Origin: a virus
Direction: 5' to 3' (one strand)
DNA length: 64,000 nt
Virus record (IMG/VR): IMGVR_UViG_3300023238_000005
Coordinates: 1 to 64,000 of that record
Shown here: positions 48,375 through 58,324 of the stretch, piece after piece
Layout of the letters: each line of letters begins with the position of its first letter
Numbering within the stretch: the first letter of the stretch is position 1
Position numbers and translations under genes: made by a program
The notes under the pieces: model-generated
What the model saw: only the letters and a program-made list of their open reading frames with translations
Database searches by the model: none
What the model was told of the DNA's origin: nothing

Positions 48375-48611
48375 CTAATTTAATTTTCGTAATAACTCCA
48401 TTAATGTTTTGTAAAAGCATACACCAAATGTAATGCTTATTATTGCTGATATTGGTATATAACTTATAGTGCCACCAGTTAAAAAATACCCACGTAACCA
48501 TCCATACACTATAACACTGGTGTACACAGTAAGCAAACTTATTATAAAATTTATCATGCTTCTAACGTGTTTCTTTTGGCTTCTAGTGCCACCTTTAATA
48601 CTAATTGTCAT
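48375..48611 (-). pseudogene. Chimeric ORF: N-terminus of the 41507 metallopeptidase homologue fused to an unrelated hydrophobic sequence
   Basis: MTISIKGGTRSQKKHVRSMINF versus MRVTIQGGSKSQKKYVRSAVKF. Confidence 0.6.
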
Positions 48612-48645
48612 TGCATTTGCCCTTGCTTTGTTAACTTATACTACT

Positions 48646-48674
48646 ATTATAACACTATTTTTCCAGTCTGTCAA
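48646..48674 (-). promoter_or_regulatory. Sigma70-type promoter, homologous position to 42016-42044
   Basis: TTGACA-N17-TATAAT. Confidence 0.8.
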
Positions 48675-49359
48675 CCACATTTTCACCTAAATTTGACTCA
48701 ATCGTAGGTGTTTCGTACCCTTTGAGCGGGTCTTTCGTATCATCTGAGTCCGCAAATAGGCGTGAAATGCGCATATCATACATCATTTCTATTAGTTTAG
48801 ACATACTACCGGGTCCCTTCCAGACGCTGTTTAGTAAGTCATTGATTTCATTGAGGCTCACTGTTTTATTAGATAACGGGCCTCCCCAAAAGTCATTACA
48901 AATTAATCCAGCTGCCCAGAAGTTTTGTATATCATGGTCTACATCAATAACATTAATTTCAGAAGGCATGGTTTGATCGTAGTCTGGAAGAATATAAGAT
49001 TTATTTGTACTGCCTAAAAATGTACCAGTTTTTGAGTAAAATCTAATTTGATTCTCTTTACGATAACCTTCATCAAATGCCTCGTCAGTTTCTGCCCACA
49101 TAGTTCCAAGACACAAACCGACATTGTTTTCGACAGCACATTCAACTACTTCCTTTTCTGCATCATACAGATCTTGTATTGTCCTGCCAAATAATACGTC
49201 AAATCCTGGAAAGTATCCTGAAAGACTTCCTTCAGGTGTTAATAGATAGTCTACTGCGTTTTCACCTGCCCACACAATTGCATCTTTAATGTCAGTAACA
49301 TTTTTACTAAGGTCGTCTGATGCTGGAAGTTGCGCTCCAGCAAATCTTATATCTACCAT
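48655..49359 (-). CDS. Carbon-nitrogen hydrolase (nitrilase family) N-terminal part fused to a homologue of the 42037 C-terminus
   Basis: TPEGSLSGY, K and ICND triad motifs, then an abrupt switch to NSVWKGPGS...KGYETPT. Confidence 0.7.
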   Translation of the reverse strand: MVDIRFAGAQLPASDDLSKNVTDIKDAIVWAGENAVDYLLTPEGSLSGYFPGFDVLFGRTIQDLYDAEKEVVECAVENNVGLCLGTMWAETDEAFDEGYRKENQIRFYSKTGTFLGSTNKSYILPDYDQTMPSEINVIDVDHDIQNFWAAGLICNDFWGGPLSNKTVSLNEINDLLNSVWKGPGSMSKLIEMMYDMRISRLFADSDDTKDPLKGYETPTIESNLGENVVDRLEK

Positions 49360-49413
49360 TACTTTTATTCTCCTATAATGTATTATAACATTATATATTC
49401 AGAAGAGCAACCT

Positions 49414-49962
49414 TTATTTCATATCATTTAACGGATTATCTAATGCTTCCTCAACTTGTGCTTGAATATCCTTTTCGAGCTTGTCCATATCAGTTTCTAT
49501 ACGTTCTTCAGTTTCACGCATACGATCACGAACATCCTTTTCGCTTTCACGACTAACAATCTCAACTTCACGTAGTGTTTTGTCAATACTGTCTTGCGTT
49601 GTTTTAACAGTATTTTCAACTCTATCTACTTGTGACTCGATGCCTTGGATGTCTGCTTTGAGATCAATCTTAATATCTCTTGTGTAATCTAGTGCTGCTA
49701 GTACAGACTCGTCAACTGCTTTTAATTTAGTGTCTATGTTTGATTCTGCTGATACAAGGCGTTCTGTTAACACGCTTATTTCTTCTCGCATACCACTAAG
49801 GTCAGGAGCAACATACTCTTGTATCTGCTCTTTCATATTCCTATAATCGTTATAAAATTCAAAGCCTCCCCAGGCAACTCCGCCTAGTGTACTTAACGCT
49901 GTAATGACAGCAAACATTTTTCCACCGGTGAACTTAACGCCACCTACTTCTACTTCAGCCAT
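49414..49962 (-). CDS. Membrane-anchored coiled-coil protein
   Basis: N-terminal TM helix followed by an acidic heptad pattern. Confidence 0.7.
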   Translation of the reverse strand: MAEVEVGGVKFTGGKMFAVITALSTLGGVAWGGFEFYNDYRNMKEQIQEYVAPDLSGMREEISVLTERLVSAESNIDTKLKAVDESVLAALDYTRDIKIDLKADIQGIESQVDRVENTVKTTQDSIDKTLREVEIVSRESEKDVRDRMRETEERIETDMDKLEKDIQAQVEEALDNPLNDMK

Positions 49963-49964
49963 GT

Positions 49965-52900
49965 TTATTTCCTCTCATATTGCTGACGCACCATTGCTTG
50001 ATGCGTTTCGTCACTTGCTCCGCTAAAGAACCTAGATGACGGATTATCATAATTCTGTTGGTCTGTGTATATTCCATCAGATCCATACCAGTTACTATTA
50101 GTTGGCATCTGCGGCTGTACATATTGACGGAAGTTAGGATTATATCCTAGTAGTGCTGCTTGTGCATCTTCACTGTCATCGCCTGCTATTGCCTTTTCAA
50201 CAAGGTCGTCTTCTAACTCTTGCTGCGCTTCTAATTCTTCTTCACTTACTTCGTCTAACGGTTCGCCCATTTCATTTGCTTCTTCTAATGTGCGTTTGGT
50301 TATGTCTATTATCATTTGATTTAGTTCTGCTGCAATTACATTTGATATGTCGCTTGCAACTGTAGCATCTATGTTACCAAATGAGTAGCTTACTTGCCCT
50401 GAGCCTAAGTCTTCTACTTCGCCTGTTAGTTCTTGTGTGCTTAATCCTTGGCTGGCAAGCATTTGTGTATCATTGCCGCCTGTCATGGCTCCTATTCCTG
50501 CGTCTCCTGTTTGGAGGTCTGGCTGTCCTGTTGCAGAATTAAAGTCTTGGCTGCTAAATCCTCCACTGCTGTTGCTGCCGAAGTCTGCGCTTGTGTTACT
50601 TCCTCCAAAGTCTGCGCTGCCTGATGAGCTGCCTGATGAGCTGCCTGATGAGCTGCCACTACTACTGCCACTATTATTATTCCCACCGCTACTGCCGCTA
50701 TTGCTTCCCATGTCATCGCTGCCGCTATTTCCGCTACTGCTGTTGCCATTATCGCCACTCCCATTATTAGTACTACTAGAATTGCCACTATCGCCTGCAT
50801 TGCCTGAGTCGTTACTATCTGATGCGCTTGTTGATGCCTCTGTTGCTGCTGTGTTCTCTGCTGCTGCTGCTGTTGCTTCTGATGCAATACTCAACGCACG
50901 TTTCTTCACACTAGTTGACTTGCTAGTTCTTGGAGTATCTGGTGTTGCTGAAATTTCTTCTATTGGTGCAAGTTCTTCTACTGACTCTGATAGTTCCTCT
51001 TCAAATGCTTCAGCTAGTTCCTCCCTAACTTCTGCTTCTTCCATAGCCATTTCCTCTGCTACCATTTGTTCTTCGGCCATTGCTTGTTCTTCGGCTATCA
51101 TTTGTTCCTCTTCGATTGCTGCATCAAATGCTTCTTCGAGCATATCTGGTAACGCTTCAAATTGTTCTTCGTTGAGTGGATCTAAGTTGTCTAGTGGGCT
51201 ATCAGCAAATATGTCGTCCATTGGCATTTCTTCAAATGCATCTTCAAACGGTAATTCTTCAAACGCATCTGGAAACGCTTCTCCTGGAAAGTCTGGTAAT
51301 CCGTTTGCGCCGCCAAAACTATCTGCCTCTTCAAAAAACTGTTCAAACTCTGCTTGCTCTCTAGCAATGTCTTCTTCGCTTGGCATATCCATTGGACCAT
51401 TTTCAAATGATTCTAAGTCAAACTGTTCTCCATTTTCATCAGGACCCATTAAGTCAAGCGCACCTTGCATGTCAACTTCTACTTCGCCTTTAGCTGCTGA
51501 ATCATCTATACCAGTTGCCATCTCTTGGTCGATGCCTGTTGAAGATTCTAAATCAATACCAGTAGACGCTTGTACATCAATACCTGTTGTTGCTTGTATA
51601 TCAACACCTGACAGTTGTCCATCGAAAGGCATGTTAGGATCGAAAGGCATGTTAGGATCAAACTGTCCATCAAAGTTGTCGTCCATGCTGCCATCATCTT
51701 GGCCACTATAATCATCTTGACCATCATACTCATCTTCAAACTGTTCTTCTTGGTAGCCGTTACACATCATACTGCTTTGCGGATCTACATTACAGTCCTG
51801 TTCAAACTGTTGGTCTTCTATAGTGTCAGCATAACCAGCACATCGTTGTGTGTAAGTACCATCTGCTGAACATGCTGTGTCTATTTCAATAAACTCATAC
51901 CATTTGCCGCTTTGTGGGGTTATTACATTTCCGTCTATGTCTTCCGTATACAAGAATATATAATCATCGCCTTGCTGTACTGCGTCTTTAATGTAACCAA
52001 TTTGATTGTCGCCGCACTCTGCTCCGCTTGTACATTCCCACATCCAATCAAATAAATTAGCTAGGTTTGCTTGTAGTGTTGCAAATACTTCTGGATTGTT
52101 TCCTCTAAAGATGAATATGTAATCACTGCCCTGTCCACTTACATTCATACCTGGTACAGTCATCTTTGCTTGCGACTGATTGTAGTAAGGACAACTAGGA
52201 TCATATGACTGATCTATATCACATTGCTGTGCTGTATTTGCTGCTTCGTATCCTGGACAACCGCTGTCGTATAACGCATCTGCTGTACATTGTTGATCGT
52301 AGTAGGCAGTTGCATAACCGTCACAGCTAGGGTCGTATAGTGAATCTGCTGAACATTGTTGCTGTGTGTATGCTGCTGTATAACCTGGACACTGATCAGA
52401 ACTCATTGGATCTGCTGCACATTGATTCTCAAATGCTGTTAATCCGTAATCGTATGTATCGCTAAAGTCATCTTCGTGTCCTACTACAGGAGCATAAGAA
52501 ATAGTATATTTTATATTTCTAACACCACTACCTTGGCCGTTGCCTGACATTGTAGATTTAACTGTCCAATCGTCAGCAGTTTGAAATGCAGCACCCGGTG
52601 GTTCATCTGCATTAAAAGCAGTCCAGTCTACAAACTGCTGTCCATCATAGTTATAAACTGCTTGGTAAAGAGTTTGTCCATTTCCTAAAAGTATATTAAC
52701 TTTTAATTCTAAAGCACTACTAGCGTCTGGTTTCTTTACTTCCCATTCGTATCTAAGTCCTCTTATCTCAATACCAATGCCTGCAGCCTGGAGTGCTGTA
52801 TTAATTGCAAACGTAGTCGATACAACTTTGTTAGTAATTGTATTATTAGAAAATACCATTCCGCCTGAAGCATCTTCGTATGCAACAGGATTGCCGTTAT

Positions 52901-53156
52901 CGTCTAGTGGAATATTTAAGTCTACAGCATTATCAACAAAATTGTCGTTGTTCATGTCAAGAGTTTCACAGCGTAGTTGATCTTGATTATAACCAGCAGG
53001 GTTTGCATCTCCTGCATTAAAGGCAGTGGCTGCGGAGCCAGTATACGTTGTTGCACTACACTCAGCACTTGGTGGTGTTGTTTGAGCTACTACGTTAGAG
53101 CAATAAAAGAAGAAGCAGAGCGCCGCCAGCACCCTTGAGCATATTGTTAGTTGCAC
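49965..53156 (-). CDS. Large secreted acidic low-complexity protein with Cys repeats
   Basis: Signal peptide; QC.xD..YDP.C.GY repeats; E/D-rich and S/G/N-rich tracts. Confidence 0.7.
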   Translation of the reverse strand: MQLTICSRVLAALCFFFYCSNVVAQTTPPSAECSATTYTGSAATAFNAGDANPAGYNQDQLRCETLDMNNDNFVDNAVDLNIPLDDNGNPVAYEDASGGMVFSNNTITNKVVSTTFAINTALQAAGIGIEIRGLRYEWEVKKPDASSALELKVNILLGNGQTLYQAVYNYDGQQFVDWTAFNADEPPGAAFQTADDWTVKSTMSGNGQGSGVRNIKYTISYAPVVGHEDDFSDTYDYGLTAFENQCAADPMSSDQCPGYTAAYTQQQCSADSLYDPSCDGYATAYYDQQCTADALYDSGCPGYEAANTAQQCDIDQSYDPSCPYYNQSQAKMTVPGMNVSGQGSDYIFIFRGNNPEVFATLQANLANLFDWMWECTSGAECGDNQIGYIKDAVQQGDDYIFLYTEDIDGNVITPQSGKWYEFIEIDTACSADGTYTQRCAGYADTIEDQQFEQDCNVDPQSSMMCNGYQEEQFEDEYDGQDDYSGQDDGSMDDNFDGQFDPNMPFDPNMPFDGQLSGVDIQATTGIDVQASTGIDLESSTGIDQEMATGIDDSAAKGEVEVDMQGALDLMGPDENGEQFDLESFENGPMDMPSEEDIAREQAEFEQFFEEADSFGGANGLPDFPGEAFPDAFEELPFEDAFEEMPMDDIFADSPLDNLDPLNEEQFEALPDMLEEAFDAAIEEEQMIAEEQAMAEEQMVAEEMAMEEAEVREELAEAFEEELSESVEELAPIEEISATPDTPRTSKSTSVKKRALSIASEATAAAAENTAATEASTSASDSNDSGNAGDSGNSSSTNNGSGDNGNSSSGNSGSDDMGSNSGSSGGNNNSGSSSGSSSGSSSGSSSGSADFGGSNTSADFGSNSSGGFSSQDFNSATGQPDLQTGDAGIGAMTGGNDTQMLASQGLSTQELTGEVEDLGSGQVSYSFGNIDATVASDISNVIAAELNQMIIDITKRTLEEANEMGEPLDEVSEEELEAQQELEDDLVEKAIAGDDSEDAQAALLGYNPNFRQYVQPQMPTNSNWYGSDGIYTDQQNYDNPSSRFFSGASDETHQAMVRQQYERK

Positions 53157-54306
53157 GTTCTTTTTCCTCCTCAGCCTGTACTACCTTAGGTTGCAGTTCC
53201 GGATTTGCATTCCACTTTTCTTTTGCTTCTGTGCCTATGCTTCCATCAAACGGACAAGGTGTGCCTGCCATTTCCATAGAGCGATATACTCTTTCATCTT
53301 GGCAGAGCAAACTAACAGCCGCTACCTTCATGCCCATGTTATACAATGTCTTGCTAAGTTTTAACGCTTCGCAATTCATATCTCTCACATGAGTACCGCC
53401 TGCAATACCAATAATCTGTGTTTGGACTGCACCACTTATACTAGTTGTACAAGTATCATTGCCGCCGGCATTTACAGTAGGAGCAATTGCACTTGGAGGA
53501 GGTGCAATAATCTTTTGTGTGATAGTGCTGTTATTGTTATTATTGTTAGTGTTCTCGTTTTGACTAGTGCTGTCAACAGTAGTATCGTTCTTATTGGTGT
53601 TAGTATTTGAGTTAGTATTTGAATTCGTATTGTTGTTAGTATTTGAATTCGTATTATTACTAGTACTGTTTACAGTTTGATCTACTGTGCTGTTGTTTGT
53701 GCTGTTTACGGTTTGATCTACTGTGCTGTTGCTAGTATTGTTATTTGTGTTGGTGTTTGTATTGTTTGTTCCGCCACTCATTACGTTGTTATTGGTGTTG
53801 GTTGCTGTGCTGTTACTAGTGTTATTATTTGTATTTGTGTTGGCACTAGTGCTGTTTACTGTGCTGTTGTTGGTGTTAGTATTGTTGTTTGTATTCGTGT
53901 TAGTAGTTCCGCCACTAAGTACGTTGTTATTCGTGTTAGTAGTTCCGCCACTTATATTATTGTTATTTGTATTCGAGTTGGTATTTGTGTTAGTACTTGT
54001 ATTAATATTTGTATTAGCATTGGTATTTGTGTTATTGTTTGTGCCACTGTACGTTGTGTTATTTGTGTTAGCATTAGTATTTGTGTTATTGTTTGTATTT
54101 GTGTTGGTGCTAGTGCTAGTATTATTATTCGTGTTGGTGTTGGCATTAGTACTGTTTACTGTACTATTGCTGTTAGTTGTGCTATTTGTTTCTACATAGC
54201 TAGTTTCGTCAAAATTTCCATCTGCATCATCTACTACCTGCGCGAAAGCTGCTGTGCTTGCCGAAATTAACGCCGCAATGATTGCAATTTTTAACCCAAA
54301 TTTCAT
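53095..54306 (-). CDS. Secreted or membrane-anchored Asn/Thr-repeat protein
   Basis: Signal peptide, long (NT)n tract, Cys-containing C-terminal domain, terminal hydrophobic tail. Confidence 0.75.
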   Translation of the reverse strand: MKFGLKIAIIAALISASTAAFAQVVDDADGNFDETSYVETNSTTNSNSTVNSTNANTNTNNNTSTSTNTNTNNNTNTNANTNNTTYSGTNNNTNTNANTNINTSTNTNTNSNTNNNNISGGTTNTNNNVLSGGTTNTNTNNNTNTNNSTVNSTSANTNTNNNTSNSTATNTNNNVMSGGTNNTNTNTNNNTSNSTVDQTVNSTNNSTVDQTVNSTSNNTNSNTNNNTNSNTNSNTNTNKNDTTVDSTSQNENTNNNNNNSTITQKIIAPPPSAIAPTVNAGGNDTCTTSISGAVQTQIIGIAGGTHVRDMNCEALKLSKTLYNMGMKVAAVSLLCQDERVYRSMEMAGTPCPFDGSIGTEAKEKWNANPELQPKVVQAEEEKERATNNMLKGAGGALLLLLLL

Positions 54307-54406
54307 ATAATTACCCTTGTTGAATAGACGTGTGTCTATACCCTCAGTAATATTTATCATTCGATGTTAAAAATTTAACACCTAGTTAATTGTTATAAAT
54401 AACTTT

Positions 54407-54664
54407 ATGCCAAATAACGACACAGGTCCTACAGAGCAAGATGCAATGTTCCAAATTTTCAGAGAAATATTCGATGAATCGCGTAGTATTGAACCTATTG
54501 TAATTCCTAATGATTTGAAGGACGTTATTGAAAAATACGAACGTCAGCATATAATGGATGCATTAGAACACTACGAGTTCAATCAAACGAAAGCTAGTAA
54601 GTGCTTAGGTATAAAACGTACTACACTTATTGCTAAAATGAAAAAGTTTGATATTGTATATTAA
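54407..54664 (+). CDS. Stand-alone Fis-family HTH protein
   Basis: YERQHIMDALE...NQTKASKCLGIKRTTLIAKMKK. Confidence 0.8.
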   Translation: MPNNDTGPTEQDAMFQIFREIFDESRSIEPIVIPNDLKDVIEKYERQHIMDALEHYEFNQTKASKCLGIKRTTLIAKMKKFDIVY

Positions 54665-54843
54665 TCTGTCGTAACTGGCGGATTAGCAATGTATAAACAG
54701 TCAATGGTTTCTCCAGTTTTAGTAACTAAGATATGTGCTTTTCCTAATTCTTCTCCACATTCTTCTACAGTTGCATAAGTTCCTAAGTGATAGTATCTCA
54801 TATCACCGCCACTGTTAATTGCTAACCAAATTAGTATCCACAT
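54661..54843 (-). CDS. Small hypothetical protein
   Basis: Hydrophobic N-terminus; two Cys. Confidence 0.5.
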   Translation of the reverse strand: MWILIWLAINSGGDMRYYHLGTYATVEECGEELGKAHILVTKTGETIDCLYIANPPVTTD

Positions 54844-54844
54844 A

Positions 54845-55327
54845 TTACCATTTCCCTGTTCCTGCACCTATTACATAAACGATACCACCTAATACACTAG
54901 CTAATGCTACTGCCATTACAATACCTACTATCCATTCAATAATTAGTTGTTTGCGTTCTTCAATAGCATACACTTCTGCGGCACGTTTCTTTCGCATTTG
55001 ACCTTCGATCCGTACAATTTCTTCCCAAGCTGATGGACCATAGTACAATGATATGTGACTACGTAATTCTTCACGCATCTCTTTTGCTTTTGTTTTATGT
55101 CCCCACACTTCTAGTGCATTGGCTTCTACATTACTAGCGCCAAACATTTTTTTGAATAAAGGTGGATTTTCAGCTTGCTTGTGAGAAAAGTCTAAGTCTG
55201 ACATTGCGCCAGCCCACTGCGAAAGTGTACCTGCCATATCTGACAGTTCTTTTCCTGTACTTATTGCTGATTTAATGCCGCGATATGCAGCGGATGCCAG
55301 GCCAATGGCAGTTACTGGATCTATCAA
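54845..55327 (-). CDS. Membrane-anchored hypothetical protein (IDPVTA family)
   Basis: C-terminal TM helix. Confidence 0.6.
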   Translation of the reverse strand: MIDPVTAIGLASAAYRGIKSAISTGKELSDMAGTLSQWAGAMSDLDFSHKQAENPPLFKKMFGASNVEANALEVWGHKTKAKEMREELRSHISLYYGPSAWEEIVRIEGQMRKKRAAEVYAIEERKQLIIEWIVGIVMAVALASVLGGIVYVIGAGTGKW

Positions 55328-55391
55328 ACCAATGCCCTTTCATTTGATAGGAGCGCCCTCACGCTCTACAAATGTATTTATCAGATAGTTG

Positions 55392-57056
55392 TTAGACTGT
55401 GGCGTTTGGATCGTTAACTTGCTTGGTTTGATCTGCTGGTGCATCGTCAGGCTCAGCTGGGTTTGTAGGCGCTGTTTTGTTCTTTTCTACTTGAGCTGCA
55501 TCTAGTTTTTCAACATTAGCAAGCTCTTTTAACAGAGGACCCATTTCAACTAGGTTACGAATCGCATCAGCACTGGTTCTTGAACTCAATTGTACTAATA
55601 CTGCTTTGCCGTCTAATTTTTCAGCGCCGTCTTTGCCAAGAGTTCTAACTGCTTCTTCACCTTTTAGTTCGCCAATAATACTAATTCTGTGAGTTGAAAG
55701 ACCTTGATCATTTGTTACTCTTAGGTCATAAAGTTCTAATGCTGATAATAGTCTAGCATCAAACGCTAGTTCTTTGTATGCTACTTTTGCACTAGGCGAA
55801 AGAATAACCATTGTTACACCTTCTTCGCCTCTTGTTGCATGAAAGTTAATAGCATCATACACATGTTGTACAAGTTTGAATTCTTTGCTTGTGTCGTCAC
55901 CAGCAGTGTATGCTTGTACCTGCTTGGCCATTTCTGAATACAGTTTAGCAAACGGACCGTTGCTATAGTTGTGATCTTTGTAGTCTTCTTCGTTGCTGCT
56001 TTTAAATCCAAAATCTTGTTTCATAGAATCTGGAAGTCTAAACTTAAATATGCTTTCAAAGAAATCACTTACAGTTTCCCACTCTCCGCCGCTTATTTGT
56101 CCAAACTGTTTTACAGTTCCAGCTTTTAAACTTAGTAGTCTTTGTGGCTTACCATCATACTCGAGTTTCAAGTCAACTTTAGTTGAGCTCTGTTGTGTAG
56201 CATCGCCGCCGTCGGAGATAATACTAATTTGATTGTTGCCTTTTAGTTCTAGTTTGGCTTTATCAACTGCTGTGGATGCTCTTTTATTTTTGTTTGCATA
56301 TTCAACAGCATCTGTCACTTGCTTTTGCATGCTGTCCAATGTTTCCTTTTTAACTTCAAACTCTGTGAAAAGTCGAAGATCTCCGACAGCACCCATTGGA
56401 TCTTCTTCGTCTATCCATAGTTTTAATGGTTTCATCGATGCACTATTAAGTGTTAGAGTAAATTTATAGTTGTCATCGACAACTCCAACAGTTTGATAAT
56501 CAGTTGTGCCTTCAGCAATGCCTGATGCTACTACATCTTTTAGAACTCGTATAACATCGTTTTTAGAAATGTTCCTGCCGCCTACTGCAAATTTTGCAGA
56601 AAGTGCAGAACCCAACACTGCTTCGGCAATATCGCCGAGATTAGGGACCAATGAGCCTTTTACTGCTTCATTCTTTTTCAGTTTATTAAGTGGAACTTCA
56701 TCGCCGTCAATAAAGAATTTAGTATTTTTTATAAAGTCTGGATAATTTGATAACGCATATGTTTCCCAATCATCAGTGGACATTTCCTTACCGTTAACAG
56801 TAATCTTGTCTACCTTGCCAGCTTTTTCAGGAGCTTTGCCTGCCGAGCCTTTTGCACCAATCTCGGCGTAGACAAAATCTTTGGCATTTCTAATACTCTT
56901 TGCTGTAGCAATTACATATTTGGTAGGCTTGCCTGTGCCGCCAGCTTTTTTATCACCAGACGCTAACCAATTTTTTCCACTCATCATTGAGGCTTCTGCC
57001 AAGTCAGTCTTTGCTTTAACTTTTGATTCTACAATTTTAATATCTGAAAAACGCAT
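55392..57056 (-). CDS. Late-expressed hypothetical protein, possibly PD-(D/E)xK nuclease-like
   Basis: GDIAE...TKVDL...LSLKAG; TATAAATA upstream. Confidence 0.45.
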   Translation of the reverse strand: MRFSDIKIVESKVKAKTDLAEASMMSGKNWLASGDKKAGGTGKPTKYVIATAKSIRNAKDFVYAEIGAKGSAGKAPEKAGKVDKITVNGKEMSTDDWETYALSNYPDFIKNTKFFIDGDEVPLNKLKKNEAVKGSLVPNLGDIAEAVLGSALSAKFAVGGRNISKNDVIRVLKDVVASGIAEGTTDYQTVGVVDDNYKFTLTLNSASMKPLKLWIDEEDPMGAVGDLRLFTEFEVKKETLDSMQKQVTDAVEYANKNKRASTAVDKAKLELKGNNQISIISDGGDATQQSSTKVDLKLEYDGKPQRLLSLKAGTVKQFGQISGGEWETVSDFFESIFKFRLPDSMKQDFGFKSSNEEDYKDHNYSNGPFAKLYSEMAKQVQAYTAGDDTSKEFKLVQHVYDAINFHATRGEEGVTMVILSPSAKVAYKELAFDARLLSALELYDLRVTNDQGLSTHRISIIGELKGEEAVRTLGKDGAEKLDGKAVLVQLSSRTSADAIRNLVEMGPLLKELANVEKLDAAQVEKNKTAPTNPAEPDDAPADQTKQVNDPNATV

Positions 57057-57083
57057 GTAATTGTTCCTATTTCTTTTTAATAT

Positions 57084-57770
57084 TTATACGATTTTAGGAA
57101 ACAACATGTCTGTGCAGAACTTGTCTACGTCTGCTTCATCTAAACCTAATGATTTCATTGTGCGAGGAGTGTGTGGATTCTTTTGCTGGTTTTCACAGTA
57201 GTAATTCTGTGCGCCGATAACCATATCGCTATTCCCACTGCCAGTAAATTCGCCTATCTCATCAAAGTATGCACGTAGGTTATCTTGTGCTAGTTCTATA
57301 ATAGCAACTGCTTCGTCAATGTCACTTACATTGCCTGCGGCAAGCATCTTATCTGTAAAGATGTTAGTTGCCCACTCAGGTAGTACACGTTGCTTGCTTG
57401 GAATAAATTCTGCTACTGCTTCCTTATAGCCTGCAATCATAGGATTGTCGTGATCACTACTAGGACTAAAGTCGTGAAATGCACCTGTCATTTTGTTCTT
57501 GCCTGCAATAACATCAAAGCCGTATATTGGCCCATCGTTTTGTATTACAGGAAAAACGCATACGTGCATCATCCACAAGCCTTTGCTATCGCGAGCATCT
57601 ACAACATCAATGTGTGCTCTGCGTACATTGTCGTTAGCCCATACACGGTTAACCCAAGTATCGCTGTTAAAGTGTGCTAGTCCTGGCTCGTCATATTCTG
57701 TTGCCTTCTCGTCAAAGATGCTAATTATTTCTTCTTGGCATTCAATTAGCCTATCCCAAATAGTACTCAC
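57084..57770 (-). CDS. Ferredoxin-dependent bilin reductase (PcyA/PcyX type)
   Basis: RRAHI, MMHVCVFP, PIYGFDVI, AFHDFS, QNYYC.NQQKNPHT. Confidence 0.88.
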   Translation of the reverse strand: MSTIWDRLIECQEEIISIFDEKATEYDEPGLAHFNSDTWVNRVWANDNVRRAHIDVVDARDSKGLWMMHVCVFPVIQNDGPIYGFDVIAGKNKMTGAFHDFSPSSDHDNPMIAGYKEAVAEFIPSKQRVLPEWATNIFTDKMLAAGNVSDIDEAVAIIELAQDNLRAYFDEIGEFTGSGNSDMVIGAQNYYCENQQKNPHTPRTMKSLGLDEADVDKFCTDMLFPKIV

Positions 57771-58324
57771 GATTCTTTTGCCTCACTTAATTCTACAAAC
57801 ATTTTAGTTGCAAAGTCAAAACATAGTTTAGCTTCGTCTGCCATGCTATCGTCTAGTCTAGCACGTACCATTTCTTTAAGTTCATCGTGTCCTTTGTCAA
57901 ACTTGTACATACGTCCTTCACCTGGAACACGCTTGGCAATCATCTGTCCGCCACTTAGGTCACCCATGTGTCTTACATAAACATGTGCCATAAGTTTGTC
58001 AGCATCATCTTTAATACTCATTAAGTGATCCATATACTCTTTTACTACTGGCATTAGTGGAGGTTGATTAGCATTTGCTTTGCCCCAAAGTTCTTGATAA
58101 TCTTCGTGTATACTTGGAGCTCTGCGCAATTCTGGCATGCCATCAAACAATCCGTGCATCATAGCAAGCATTTCTAGCATGTTATATTGCGGATGCTGAT
58201 TAAACAAGTAACAAGCATAACGATCGTCAGTTATCTGCGTTGTCTTATTGAACATCTCTTTCACAAACGTTTGACGTTCTGCGTTCTTATGATGCTCCAT
58301 TGTTAGTTCTTTTAAGTTGCTCAT
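57767..58324 (-). CDS. Heme oxygenase
   Basis: LKELT.EHH..AE (proximal His), AHVYVRHMGDLSGGQMI. Confidence 0.92.
   Translation of the reverse strand: MSNLKELTMEHHKNAERQTFVKEMFNKTTQITDDRYACYLFNQHPQYNMLEMLAMMHGLFDGMPELRRAPSIHEDYQELWGKANANQPPLMPVVKEYMDHLMSIKDDADKLMAHVYVRHMGDLSGGQMIAKRVPGEGRMYKFDKGHDELKEMVRARLDDSMADEAKLCFDFATKMFVELSEAKES

Noticed and set aside
47950-48501. 183-aa hydrophobic ORF
   Set aside because: AT-rich, start unclear, overlaps a chimeric ORF; no product can be assigned.
50437-51711. 424-aa plus-strand ORF
   Set aside because: Antisense shadow of the low-complexity 49965..53156 gene; S/L-rich, with no SD or motif.
53677-54270. Very hydrophobic V/L/C-rich plus-strand ORFs
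   Set aside because: Antisense translation of the NT-repeat gene.
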